A stretch of 62,396 bases of DNA, filler included, from Reclinomonas americana ATCC 50394 (lineage: Eukaryota), in assembly GCA_048213135.1 (NCBI GenBank). It is 4 parts of 2 records of this genome, joined end to end, with 100 filler letters (N's around TTAATTAATTAA, not from the genome) between each part and the next. Parts side by side here need not be neighbours in the genome. Positions count along the whole stretch, not along the records: positions 1 to 20,957 come from PS015081.1; 3 more parts are not named here. The stretch is one strand, 5' to 3'. Each line of letters begins with the position of its first letter. Position 1 is the first letter of the stretch. The notes below the pieces were generated by a model. It did no database searches. It saw only the letters and a program-made list of their open reading frames with translations, and was not told the DNA's origin. This document shows, one piece after another, positions 1-11,127 of this stretch. The translations under genes were made by a program, and so were the position numbers.

Positions 1-41
1 TGCTTCCCCAATTCGGTACTCACATGCGCGTGTGCGTGCAG

Positions 42-1480
42 CTGGCCAACAAGGCTGGCGACCTGAAGAAGCCGCTGAAGGTGCAGTTCGTGGGTGAAGA
101 GGGTATCGACGAGGGCGGCGTGCAGAAGGAGTTCTTCCTGCTGATTGTGCGCGAAATCTTCAATCCGTCGTTTGGTGCGTTCGTCTCGTTTCACACACAA
201 ATTTGGGGGTAAGCTGACTTGTGTCTTACCACGCCAGGCATGTTCACGCTCAACCCTGACACCCGAACCTACTGGTTCAATCCGGACTCGCCGGACGACG
301 CTGAGTTTGAGCTCATCGGACAGATCATTGGCCTGGCCATCTACAATCACATCATTCTCGACATTCAGTTCCCGCTGGTGGTATACAAGAAGCTGTTGAA
401 CAAGGACGTCTTCTTTGAGGACCTGAAGGAGACGGATCCAGTTGCGTGCCATCGTATGTGGTGCGTGGCGTGCGAATCGCCCCGCCACTCAACGCGACTT
501 GGGTTGTAGGTTCTCGGTCGCAGCCTGCAGGCGATTCTCGACTACCCCGGCGATGTGGCGGAGGACATGGGTCTCATTTGGGTGGTGGATCGGGAGGCAT
601 TCGGCGAGCACATTGAGGTGGAACTGTGCGAGAACGGCAAGAACACGCCAGTCACCAACGCGAACCGTGATGGTGTGTGTGGCGGAGTCTCTGTCGTTCG
701 ATGGGTGAATGCTGAGAGTGCTGTCGACACAGAGTACGTCAAGGCCTACACCAAGTACCGCCTGCAGGACTCGGTGGACAAGCAGTTCCACTCGTTTGTT
801 CGTGGCTTCCAGATGGTGGTGGCGGGACCGGTGTTGCAGGTGTGTGTGAGTGCATAGTGCGTAGTTGTCGGTTGTCGTGGTGACTGAGGGATTCGGGGCA
901 GATGTTCCGTCCGGAGGAGCTGGAGTTGTTGGTGTGCGGCAAGAGAGAGCTCAACTTTGAGGATCTGGAGAAGGCGGCGCGGTACGACGACGGCTACAAC
1001 AGGGATCACTACATTATTCGGTGTGTATGTGCATTGTGGCAGCACGATGCTTGCCCGCGGCACGGATGCTGACCTTTGTTGTGCACCGCACAGCTGGATG
1101 TGGGAGATTGTGCACGAGTTCGACGAAGCCGACAAGCAGCGATTCTTGCAGTTTGCCACCGGCAGCGATCGTGCACCGATCGAGGGTCTGGCGCAGTTGC
1201 AAATCATCTTTGCGCGACAGGGACCGGATTCGGAAAGGTGCTGATCTCAGTGTGATGTTTCGTGCTAGCACCACTCGCTGACCCCTGCTACGCTCTGGTG
1301 CAGTTTGCCGACGTCACACACGTGCTTCAACCACGTGCTGATACCAGGTGTGTGTGTGTGTGGCGCCTGTTGAGAGGGCGTGTCAGCTGATGTACGATTG
1401 CAGAGTACTCGTCAAAGGAGAAGCTGCGCGCCAAGCTTTCGCTGGCCATTCAGAACTCGCAAGGCTTTGGTTTGATGTGA
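42..1480 (+). CDS. HECT E3 ubiquitin ligase, 3' part (UBE3A/HERC-like), 8 exons visible; 5' end outside window
   Basis: Spliced translation gives [64 protein letters not shown] and the catalytic motif LPTSHTCFN, ending QGFGLM* (TGA 1478-1480). Introns are GT-AG. Confidence 0.95.
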
Positions 1481-1534
1481 CGATGCACGCGGTGCAATGG
1501 CTGCCGAAGCACGTTGTTTGCAGTAAAGTTTCAC

Positions 1535-2886
1535 ATGGTATCGAATTCGGCCACGCATTGGCATGGCAACAACAATACCGGTGGGTCGTCGTCGTCAACA
1601 CGGCGGCCATGTGTGTCGAGGTTCCTGCGGGTGCCACTGGACCTGGACACTTGGTCAAGGGATCGGGACGTTGTGTGCGAGAAGGAGCCGTTGTTCGCCG
1701 AATATTTCGCTCCAACTCACCAACCGCACCACAACAACGCCAACGATCGCAGCACCATGAGCGACGGACACCACTACGTGCGCAAGGCACAACTCGTGCG
1801 CTACCTCCTCGGTGAGTGCACGCGCGGCAGCGTGTGACTGAAATGTTCCGACGCACGCATACGTCATGAGATGCGCTCACACACGCTCGCACACGCACAG
1901 GGCCTCCCGCGCCAGACTTGGACGACATCTCGCTGCTGACCTCGGACGATCAGCGAACGAGCGAGGCGCTGCGATGGGTGGACTACTTTTGCAGCATTGT
2001 GGACGCCAAGGCCGATCACATCAGCGATCGCATCGACAATCAGTCGCAGTTCTTTGACAACAACAGCGTCATTGCGGCCTTGCTGCTGCCCATTTACTAC
2101 GCGTGGATTGAGGTGGGTGTGATCAACCATCTGCCTCACGTTCGCGTGTGTCACCACCGGTACTGATCATGACGACGATCATCGCAGTCGCCCAACAACA
2201 TCAGCACCGACGCACCCGACGGCTACCAGTGGCTGCTCGCCATCTGCCTGCCACTGTGGGCAGTGTACATTTTCGTGCTCTCTGTGCAGAAGGGATCCAT
2301 GTTGAAGTTCACCAAGGGCTCGGTGCGCTTGCGTCCGCTCACGCGTGAGGCGCTGCGCTGTGATCTGATCGTCGTCGTGCAGATTCTCAACAAGTACTAC
2401 CACGAACTCGAGCTGGCCATGCAATCGACAGCTTCGGAGCAGACGGCGGTGACAGAGAGGAAGGCTCACCTCGAGTCGTGGCTGCGAGCCACGGCCACCG
2501 CCATCGAAGACCGCATCTTCTCCAGCAGCATCGCCATGTCACCGACCGGACGTTATTTCTCCGCCTTTGGCATGTTCATGCTGCTGCTGATCCTTCTGTT
2601 CCAGGTCTGTGTGTCATGATGCCGTCAAAGTGCGCTGCGGGTGTGCTTGGTGCTGATCCTGACTTGCCTGCAGTGTGCCATTCGCGTGGACTGGGTCCAC
2701 GGACACCAGTTCCTGATCGCGGTGGCTGTTTCCGCCACCATCGCATTCGTTCTCTGGGTGCTGGTCGATGGTGGCTCTCAGCTTTGGATCGAGCGCAAGT
2801 CGATCGCCAGAATGGCGTCCATGATGGTCAACTGGGGGCGGGAGCGCAAGCGGGGACAACCGCAAGGCACCGCAATCACGCTGTGA
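1535..2886 (+). CDS. Unknown multi-pass membrane protein, 4 exons
   Basis: Exons ~1535-1811, 1901-2112, 2188-2604 and 2673-2886 join in frame through GT-AG introns. Hydrophobic segments: VIAALLLPIYYAW, WLLAICLPLWAVYIFVLSV, FSAFGMFMLLLILLFQ, FLIAVAVSATIAFVLWVLV. The start codon is uncertain. Confidence 0.65.
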
Positions 2887-3032
2887 GAGGTAGTGAGGAG
2901 GAGGTGCGCAGTGTACAGTCAATCTGCTGAAGGGTCTCTGACCATCGTTGTGATTCATCGAGCTTTCCTTCCTGCAACACTTCCACGTAACCTGTGTGTC
3001 GCCTGCGATCGAGACATCAGAAGCAGCCGACT

Positions 3033-4245
3033 ATGATCTTTCCTGAACCGAGTTCACTACTTTCGTCTGCCATACAACACAACGAATCCTCTTCTCCGGC
3101 ACACATTATCTCCGCGCCGGCAGAGCCACATACGTGTGGAACCCGTATCCTTCGCCCGCATCCACACCCTCCATTCCGGATCCGTTTCTGTCGGAGAAAC
3201 GCAGTTGCAGTGCGGCGGTACGATCACCTGTCGAGACCACTTCGTTTTCTTTCTCGGTCGGCGTGCCATTGCAGTCTCGTTCTCTGTCCCCGCCTCTCGA
3301 GCCCGATTTTGACGTGCTTGCTCCTGTCTCCAAGTGAGAGACGACGCTGCGCGCGGTCAGAGAGAGCAGCAGAATACATCTCAAGTTTTCCATCATCCTT
3401 CGAGACCAACAATTTTGACGGGAACACCGATCGCGAGGATGACGTGCCTGTTGTTGTACATGTCGCTGGGAGTGATGGCGCTGCTGCCGGGGTGGCCGCT
3501 GCTGATTTTGGAGAGCTTTGTTGCGTGCACGATCGAGAGGAGTTGCGGTTGCGGTCGTGGTGGTTTCCTCATTCGTGCCACATCCGCTGCGTTCATGAAT
3601 TCAGGTATACACTCTGTACCATCTGGCCGCCGCCAGTGCCACCATATGCACGTCGCGCAGCTCGCACCATCTACGCGAGTCTCTCGCCTCCTTTGCCGTC
3701 TTCCTCTCAACTCCCATCATCTGCCTGTATATGACGATTTTCGTTGGATTTGGTTCGTGCTTCGCTGTCAAACCCGCTACTCCGCTCCCCCCCCCTTGCC
3801 CACCTTCTTCGTTTGGTTTTTTGCAGGAAGCTACGAAAGACCATTCTCGCTGCGCCCGATGTGGACCATCATGGGTCGTGTTGACTGCCGCAGGTACAGT
3901 TTGCCGCACCGCACCGCACTTGTTTTTGCCAGTCAGCTCATGAGACTGTGCAGGTTCTTCATGTTCCGCCACGCGGTGTGTTGCTTCCGCCGCTTGCCCA
4001 TGTTCGCAGGCCGTCGCCAATTGGAGGTACGGCAGTTCCCCTGCATGCAAGTGCTGCCAAGTCAAGTTGTCTATCGCTCACCACATATTACACAGGACGC
4101 ACTCTGGTGCACCGCCATCACGCAGAACAGCGTGCCATTCGAGCAGGGTCTCGACGACGACATCGAGAACGGTGCAGGCACCTCGCCCGCCACAGCACAG
4201 GTGACACCCGAGATGCAGCTCACCGACTGCCAGCTGGCAGCTTGA
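3033..4245 (+). CDS. Unknown protein, probably membrane-associated; 5' structure uncertain
   Basis: Long + frame with hydrophobic LLLYMSLGVMALLPGWPLLILESFV and plausible GT-AG introns (~3605-3826, ~3893-3953, ~4027-4095), ending ...DCQLAA* at 4245. Confidence 0.4.
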
Positions 4246-4296
4246 AGCGACAACAACAACAACAATAACAACACAAGCCAGCGCTGTACAGTACAA

Positions 4297-4966
4297 TCAC
4301 TTGCTCTGCTGCTCGTCGCCACCCGCACCGCAGCCGTCCTTCTGCAACTCTATCGAGGCACTGTTGATGCAGTACCGCAGACCCGTGGTGTTGCGAGGAC
4401 CATCGCGGAACACGTGCCCAAGATGCCCGTCGCACTGCGAACAGTGCACCTCCACGCGCACCATGCCATAGCTCTGGTCACGCGTCTCACCCACTGCCGA
4501 CTCCGTCACCGGTTGATCAAACGACGGCTGTGCTTGCCACATGAGACAGAGCGCGCGAGAAAGAGAGGGAAGGGAAGGAAGATGACGAACCCAGCCTGTG
4601 CCCGACTCGAACTTGTTCTTGGCATCGAAGAGCGGCTGCCCGCATCCGGCACACGCAAACACACCTGATCCCTTGTACGCAGCGTACTTGCCAGTGAAGG
4701 CGCGCTCAGTTCCGTGCTTCCGAAGCACCTGTGTGGCAGTGACATCAACAACACACACTCTCTCACACTCACACACACACACAAGTGCGCACATCGAACT
4801 GTTGTACGGACAAACGCGATCGCCACTCGCTGTCAGGCAGCGACTTCCAGTCCACAGTGGAGGAGGACGAGGAAGAGGAGGAGGCTGCAGATCGGAGAGT
4901 GAGACAAGTGGCGACGGGAATCCGCGAGGGAGCAACCAGTCGCAGAGAGAGTAGGAAGCCAAACAT
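4297..4966 (-). CDS. msrB: Peptide methionine-R-sulfoxide reductase MsrB with N-terminal organellar-type presequence, 3 exons
   Basis: EWRSRLS, VLRKHGTERAFTG, two Zn-binding CxxC motifs (CAGC, CSQC), KFESGTGW|PSF, GHLGHVF and catalytic RYCINS. The N-terminus is Arg/Ser/Leu-rich and lacks acidic residues. Confidence 0.96.
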
Positions 4967-5328
4967 GAGGGAGGTCACAAGCACGCACACAGAGACGGAG
5001 AGACAGAGAGAGACACACACACACACACTCGCGGAGTCATGCGAGGACAGATGAACCTCCGGTGGCCGAGGCAGTCGATTGTTGTTGTTGCTGAGAATGT
5101 GACGAGCCCATCAGATCGCTCATATGCAACACAGTGTCGGTGTGTATGTTTGTGTGTGTTTGCTCAGTGAACGCGTTTGAAGTCAATCACGCTGCCGGGT
5201 TTTTATCATGCTGTCACTCCGATGCGTCCGGAATCGGAGTCGGTGCACGCAAAACGGGACCGCTTGGCTTGTAAAGAGAGTTACAAAAAGAGAAACGACA
5301 CGGTTGAGAAACGGCAGATCCGGGGTGG

Positions 5329-8300
5329 TTAGCCCGTGTTTTGCATGCCTGTGCAAGCGATTCAGCATGGGGACGTGTGGGAATTCATGCTGCGCAACGT
5401 ACCGGCCGACACGCCCTGAATGGTGAGCAGCAGAGCGTCCTGGACGGCCTGCGGCACCTCGGCGGCGGTGCGGTACGCCTTCAGGCAGCGGATCTGGAGA
5501 ATGTTGATCGGGTCGGTGAAGGGCTCACGAACGCGAATGGCGCGCAGCACGACGGGTTCGTGCTCCAGCAGGCAGTGGTCGCCAGACACCTGTGGTGTGA
5601 CAAGGGNNNNNNNNNNNNNNNNNNNNNNNNNNNNNNNNNNNNNNNNNNNNNNNNNNNNNNNNNNNNNNNNNNNNNNNNNNNNNNNNNNNNNNNNNNNNNN
5701 NNNNNNNNNNNNNNNNNNNNNNNNNNNNNNNNNNNNNNNNNNNNNNNNNNNNNNNNNNNNNNNNNNNNNNNNNNNNNNNNNNNNNNNNNNNNNNNNNNNN
5801 NNNNNNNNNNNNNNNNNNNNNNNNNNNNNNNNNNNNNNNNNNNNNNNNNNNNNNNNNNNNNNNNNNNNNNNNNNNNNNNNNNNNNNNNNNNNNNNNNNNN
5901 NNNNNNNNNNNNNNNNNNNNNNNNNNNNNNNNNNNNNNNNNNNNNNNNNNNNNNNNNNNNNNNNNNNNNNNNNNNNNNNNNNNNNNNNNNNNNNNNNNNN
6001 NNNNNNNNNNNNNNNNNNNNNNNNNNNNNNNNNNNNNNNNNNNNNNNNNNNNNNNNNNNNNNNNNNNNNNNNNNNNNNNNNNNNNNNNNNNNNNNNNNNN
6101 NNNNNNNNNNTTTGCTGGAAGAGTTGTGCAGTGCAAAAACCAGATGACCATGAGCATGCACGTACCACGCAGCGACTGCACACCGCCCGTCAGCTGTCGG
6201 CGAGCCGGACGGGAACCTGCATGCACAACCGTATGCGCACAGTGAGTGGCGAGCACAACGTGCGAGTGGAGAACAAACGAAACCAATGTTGAGAGCGCCG
6301 AGCTCAAGCAACGGAGTGGCTGCCAGCAAGTAGTCGGCAAACTGCGGGTGTCCGTACACCACCTTGCGGTACTGATCGTACGAGAGGCGGGTCAAGTCGC
6401 GCATCACCTCGCTGAAAGCAGATAGCGGGTGAGAGCACATCGCGAATTTAATCAGGCAAGAAGCTCGACGCACCGGAACTCGTCGGTGGGACCGGCAGCA
6501 GGCTTCAGCGTGGCAAGCAATGTGGCCGTGGTGTACGACTCGAGTGTGCTGCGTTCACCGAGTGAGTGAGGAGACTGCCCACAGTAATCAGATTATGAAA
6601 TACACACCGGAAGGCAATGGACGTGTTAGCAAAGCTGCGAAACACAGAGCATGAGTCACACAAGACTGCGAGAGAATGTGCGCCAACCACCCCACCTGTG
6701 CTGAATAATCTCACCCTGCACAGTGACGCGCAGACGGCCGAGAATGGAGCCCGGAGGCTGCGACTGAATGGCCACGTGCTGCGGACCTGCCACCACACCA
6801 CACCACCGTCATTTGCGTGCGCGCGGACCACGCAGACATGGTCAACACAACGCACCTCCACCACGACCGACTGTACCGCCACGACCGTGGAACAGCGTGA
6901 GCTCGACATTCATCTCCTTGCAGAGCGCGACGAGTTCCTCTTGCGCCGTGTACAGGTACCACGACGAGGCGAGACGACCGGCCTCCTTGCCACTGTCGGA
7001 GTAGCCAATCATCACTTCCTGTGGCGAGCAGAATGAGGGCGAGCGATGGTGAAAAAAGGACGGGTACCCACAGATATGCGTGTCGTACCTGCTTGCGACC
7101 GGTGTGGTTAATGTACCACTCGACCGACAGCAGCGAATGCAGCGTGCGACGGGCGTTAACCAGCGCCTCCACGGTTTCAAACAGTGGCACCACCTGTGTG
7201 CCAGCATGTCAGCACAGATAATACGCGCGCATAGTGCCCGGGAGCAACGCAACTCGCATGGTTCCCTCGGGCACGCCAGCCTCGCGAGCAAACAGCTCGA
7301 CCAACAGCACATCAGACGGGTAGCACGCCATCGAGATGACGTAGGCACCGAGTGCATCGCGTCCCATGCGCGCAGCCACGCGGAATGTGTCGAGCACCTC
7401 GCGATCCTCCTGCGCCAGCGGCATGTCCCACGGGATGAGCGGGCGTCGGCCCACCAACTCCTTCAGCAGGAATGCCTGTCGCTCCTCCTCACTCCAGGTG
7501 GCATATGAACCGAGACCAATGTACTTGGTCACGGCATCCATCGCACGTGTGTGGCGTGACGACTCTTGGCGCAAGTCCAAGTGCATCAGTGCCATGCCTA
7601 TTATTTTGCTCCAACGGTGAGCTGAACGAGGAGACAGAAACACTCGTACGAGTGCTCACTCACCAAAGCAGCGGATGCGGCGCATCAGATCCAACAGCTT
7701 GCCGTTGGCAATGATGGCGTCGCCCGTGGCACACAGCGATCGGTGGCACACGGCAAGAGGCTCGAGCAAGTCCTGGGCCTCCCAGAAAATGTTGGACGTG
7801 TCGATGGGCACCGAGAAGATCGTCGGCTCCAGCGACTCCGTGAGCCACGTCTGCTCAATGTAGGCGCGTGTCGTCGACAACTTCTCGCGCACCCAGCCAA
7901 GCACTTGACGGTACGGCTCGGACGGGGGAATGTAGGTTGAGAAGTCGAGCAGGCGCTTGGTCTGTTCGGCAGAGGCCTGCAGAGCCGAAGCATTCATCTG
8001 CAAACCGTGACGAATGCCGCGGCTGGAGGACGAGGAGGGGCCGGAAGGATCTCCGCGATGGTGCGGATGCGCAGAGGCGTGCAGAAATGAGCCAGCGATC
8101 GTGGCGATTTTCGCCTGCGCGTGTGCCTCAGATAAGTAGAACACACGACACGAATGCCCTGCTGGGAAAAGGACACACCTCAGCCAGACCCGCAGTGGGA
8201 GTTGGCGGCTGACCACCACGCAGCTGCGCGACGTACTGACGCAACTCGTCCGTGGCCTCGGTCATGGACAGCTCGAACACGAGCTCGTCGACCACCTACA

Positions 8301-11092
8301 AACAGCTGAGATGAACAAAAGCGTGTACAAGTCGAAGTTGTCGCACGTGACGAACCGCAAAGTAGGCATCGATGGCACGCAGACTGCAAGCACAGAAAAG
8401 ATCACTCAAACAATAATGGCGTCAGCAAATGAACAAGGGAGTGCACAAACCGAGAGATCCAGCAAATGTCGGCCGTCACGCGAGCTGAACAAAACGCAAT
8501 TGTGAGGGGAAGGCAGAATTGGCAATGGAGCAAGAGAGACGCCCACGAACAAGTAACAAAGGGGTTTCCGTCGCGGTCACCGCCCATCCACGTAGAGATG
8601 GTGAGCAGCTGACGATCGAACGGCAGCGGCGGCATGCTGCATCAGATCGTCAGATTTTCAGGAAACAATGTGCCAGTGCCGGTGAGTACGCAACCCAATG
8701 TCGGCGAGAGCGGCATCCACGGCATTGAGGAAGGACGGAATCGCCTGCCGTGAGACAGCAAGAGTCAAGGGCTCACGATGCAACGCGAGAGGCATCATCG
8801 CGGTCTGGCACAAGCAAGCAAAGGATATAGACAGTGGACTCGACAACCGAGAGGCCGCCGCGCGCCTCGTCTTCGGGTGACGGCGGTNNNNNNNNNNNNN
8901 NNNNNNNNNNNNNNNNNNNNNNNNNNNNNNNNNNNNNNNNNNNNNNNNNNNNNNNNNNNNNNNNNNNNNNNNNNNNNNNNNNNNNNNNNNNNNNNNNNNN
9001 NNNNNNNNNNNNNNNNNNNNNNNNNNNNNNNNNNNNNNNNNNNNNNNNNNNNNNNNNNNNNNNNNNNNNNNNNNNNNNNNNNNNNNNNNNNNNNNNNNNN
9101 NNNNNNNNNNNNNNNNNNNNNNNNNNNNNNNNNNNNNNNNNNNNNNNNNNNNNNNNNNNNNNNNNNNNNNNNNNTTGCGACGGATCTGATCCGAGCGCCA
9201 CATGGCGGTGACGGCACGGCGAATGCTGTCGTCGGCACGGCGGCGCTCCATGGGCGTGGAATCGCTGCGTTCACGCGCCCCCAGCGAGCGGGCAATCTCA
9301 TCCAACTGCGCCAGCGCCGTGCGACGCGCCGCCTGCGTCGGGTGCGCCGTCAACACCAGATCCACGTGCTGCTTGTTCAGGCTCTCATAGATCTGCTCCG
9401 GCGTGAATCCCTCCGCCATGAGCTCCGTGAACGCATCCTTGCACGACTGCTTGTATCCAATCGATCCCGTTTCTCCGCGATCATAGGCGCGACGACGACG
9501 AACACGATGGTGCTANNNNNNNNNNNNNNNNNNNNNNNNNNNNNNNNNNNNNNNNNNNNNNNNNNNNNNNNNNNNNNNNNNNNNNNNNNNNNNNNNNNNN
9601 NNNNNNNNNNNNNNNNNNNNNNNNNNNNNNNNNNNNNNNNNNNNNNNNNNNNNNNNNNNNNNNNNNNNNNNNNNNNNNNNNNNNNNNNNNNNNNNNNNNN
9701 NNNNNNNNNNNNNNNNNNNNNNNNNNNNNNNNNNNNNNNNNNNNNNNNNNNNNNNNNNNNNNNNNNNNNNNNNNNNNNNNNNNNNNNNNNNNNNNNNNNN
9801 NNNNNNNNNNNNNNNNNNNNNNNNNNNNNNNNNNNNNNNNNNNNNNNNNNNNNNNNNNNNNNNNNNNNNNNNNNNNNNNNNNNNNNNNNNNNNNNNNNNN
9901 NNNNNNNNNNNNNNNNNNNNNNNNNNNNNNNNNNNNNNNNNNNNNNNNNNNNNNNNNNNNNNNNNNNNNNNNNNNNNNNNNNNNNNNNNNNNNNNNNNNN
10001 NNNNNNNNNNNNNNNNNNNNNNNNNNNNNNNNNNNNNNNNNNNNNNNNNNNNNNNNNNNNNNNNNNNNNNNNNNNNNNNNNNNNNNNNNNNNNNNNNNNN
10101 NNNNNNNNNNNNNNNNNNNNNNNNNNNNNNNNNNNNNNNNNNNNNNNNNNNNNNNNNNNNNNNNNNNNNNNNNNNNNNNNNNNNNNNNNNNNNNNNNNNN
10201 NNNNNNNNNNNNNNNNNNNNNNNNNNNNNNNNNNNNNNNNNNNNNNNNNNNNNNNNNNNNNNNNNNNNNNNNNNNNNNNNNNNNNNNNNNNNNNNNNNNN
10301 NNNNNNNNNNNNNNNNNNNNNNNNNNNNNNNNNNNNNNNNNNNNNNNNNNNNNNNNNNNNNNNNNNNNNNNNNNNNNNNNNNNNNNNNNNNNNNNNNNNN
10401 NNNNNNNNNNNNNNNNNNNNNNNNNNNNNNNNNNNNNNNNNNNNNNNNNNNNNNNNNNNNNNNNNNNNNNNNNNNNNNNNNNNNNNTTGACATGCACACA
10501 CATAGTCACGCCTCATGTGGAGGAGAGGCACAGGAGGGGAGCGCGCAAACGTGCACACCTGCTCAGCGACATTGGCCAAGTGCAGCGCCTGCGTGAGCGC
10601 CTGCGCCACAAAGTGTGCATCCGACTCGGAGAGTCCATCGAGGAGCGTACACAGTTGCGTAAAGTCCTCCGGCTTGCGCGACTGCTGCCACTGTGAGGAC
10701 TGATCGAGCACGCGATTGAACAAGTCGCACTTGTCGGAACCCTATCCTCACTCTCGAGTCAGACAAGACACACTGCAAAGCGAGAGAGAGTGAGGGGGAG
10801 AGAAACACGTGCCTGGTGTGCCACAATCACATCGTAGAGGATCTGATTGAGCAGCTCAATATCCTGTGCACAAGAGAGAGAGAGAGAGTGAGAGATGGGT
10901 GCTGCAATGAGACACACAAACAATGCACGCACTTCAGTGAGAGGATTGACAAAGTCCGGGGTGGAGTCTGTATGCGGGATGGCCGCAGTCACACCGTGCC
11001 TGTTACAGAGACAGAGAGACACAGAGAGTGTGTGTGTGAGAGAGAAGAAGGTGAGAGAAAAGAGACACACTCCTCTCACTCAACAATGCCAT
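5329..11092 (-). CDS. ppc: Phosphoenolpyruvate carboxylase, multi-exon, interrupted by three N gaps
   Basis: [90 protein letters not shown]. The last intron yields C-terminal GVSAGMQNTG* (TAA 5331-5329). Start inferred as ATGGCATT|gttgag. Confidence 0.96.
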
Positions 11093-11127
11093 GGCGGAAA
11101 AAATGAGACTGCGATTTCGTTTTGTAT

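Noticed and set aside
4297-4400. Possible selenoprotein MsrB or alternative genetic code
   Set aside because: The catalytic residue is a normal Cys (RYCINS), and genes end at TAA and TGA at the expected positions.
5341-10723. Long ORFs spanning N runs (also at 17386-19441, 31753-33416 and 49796-51253)
   Set aside because: Their length comes from untranslatable N gaps.
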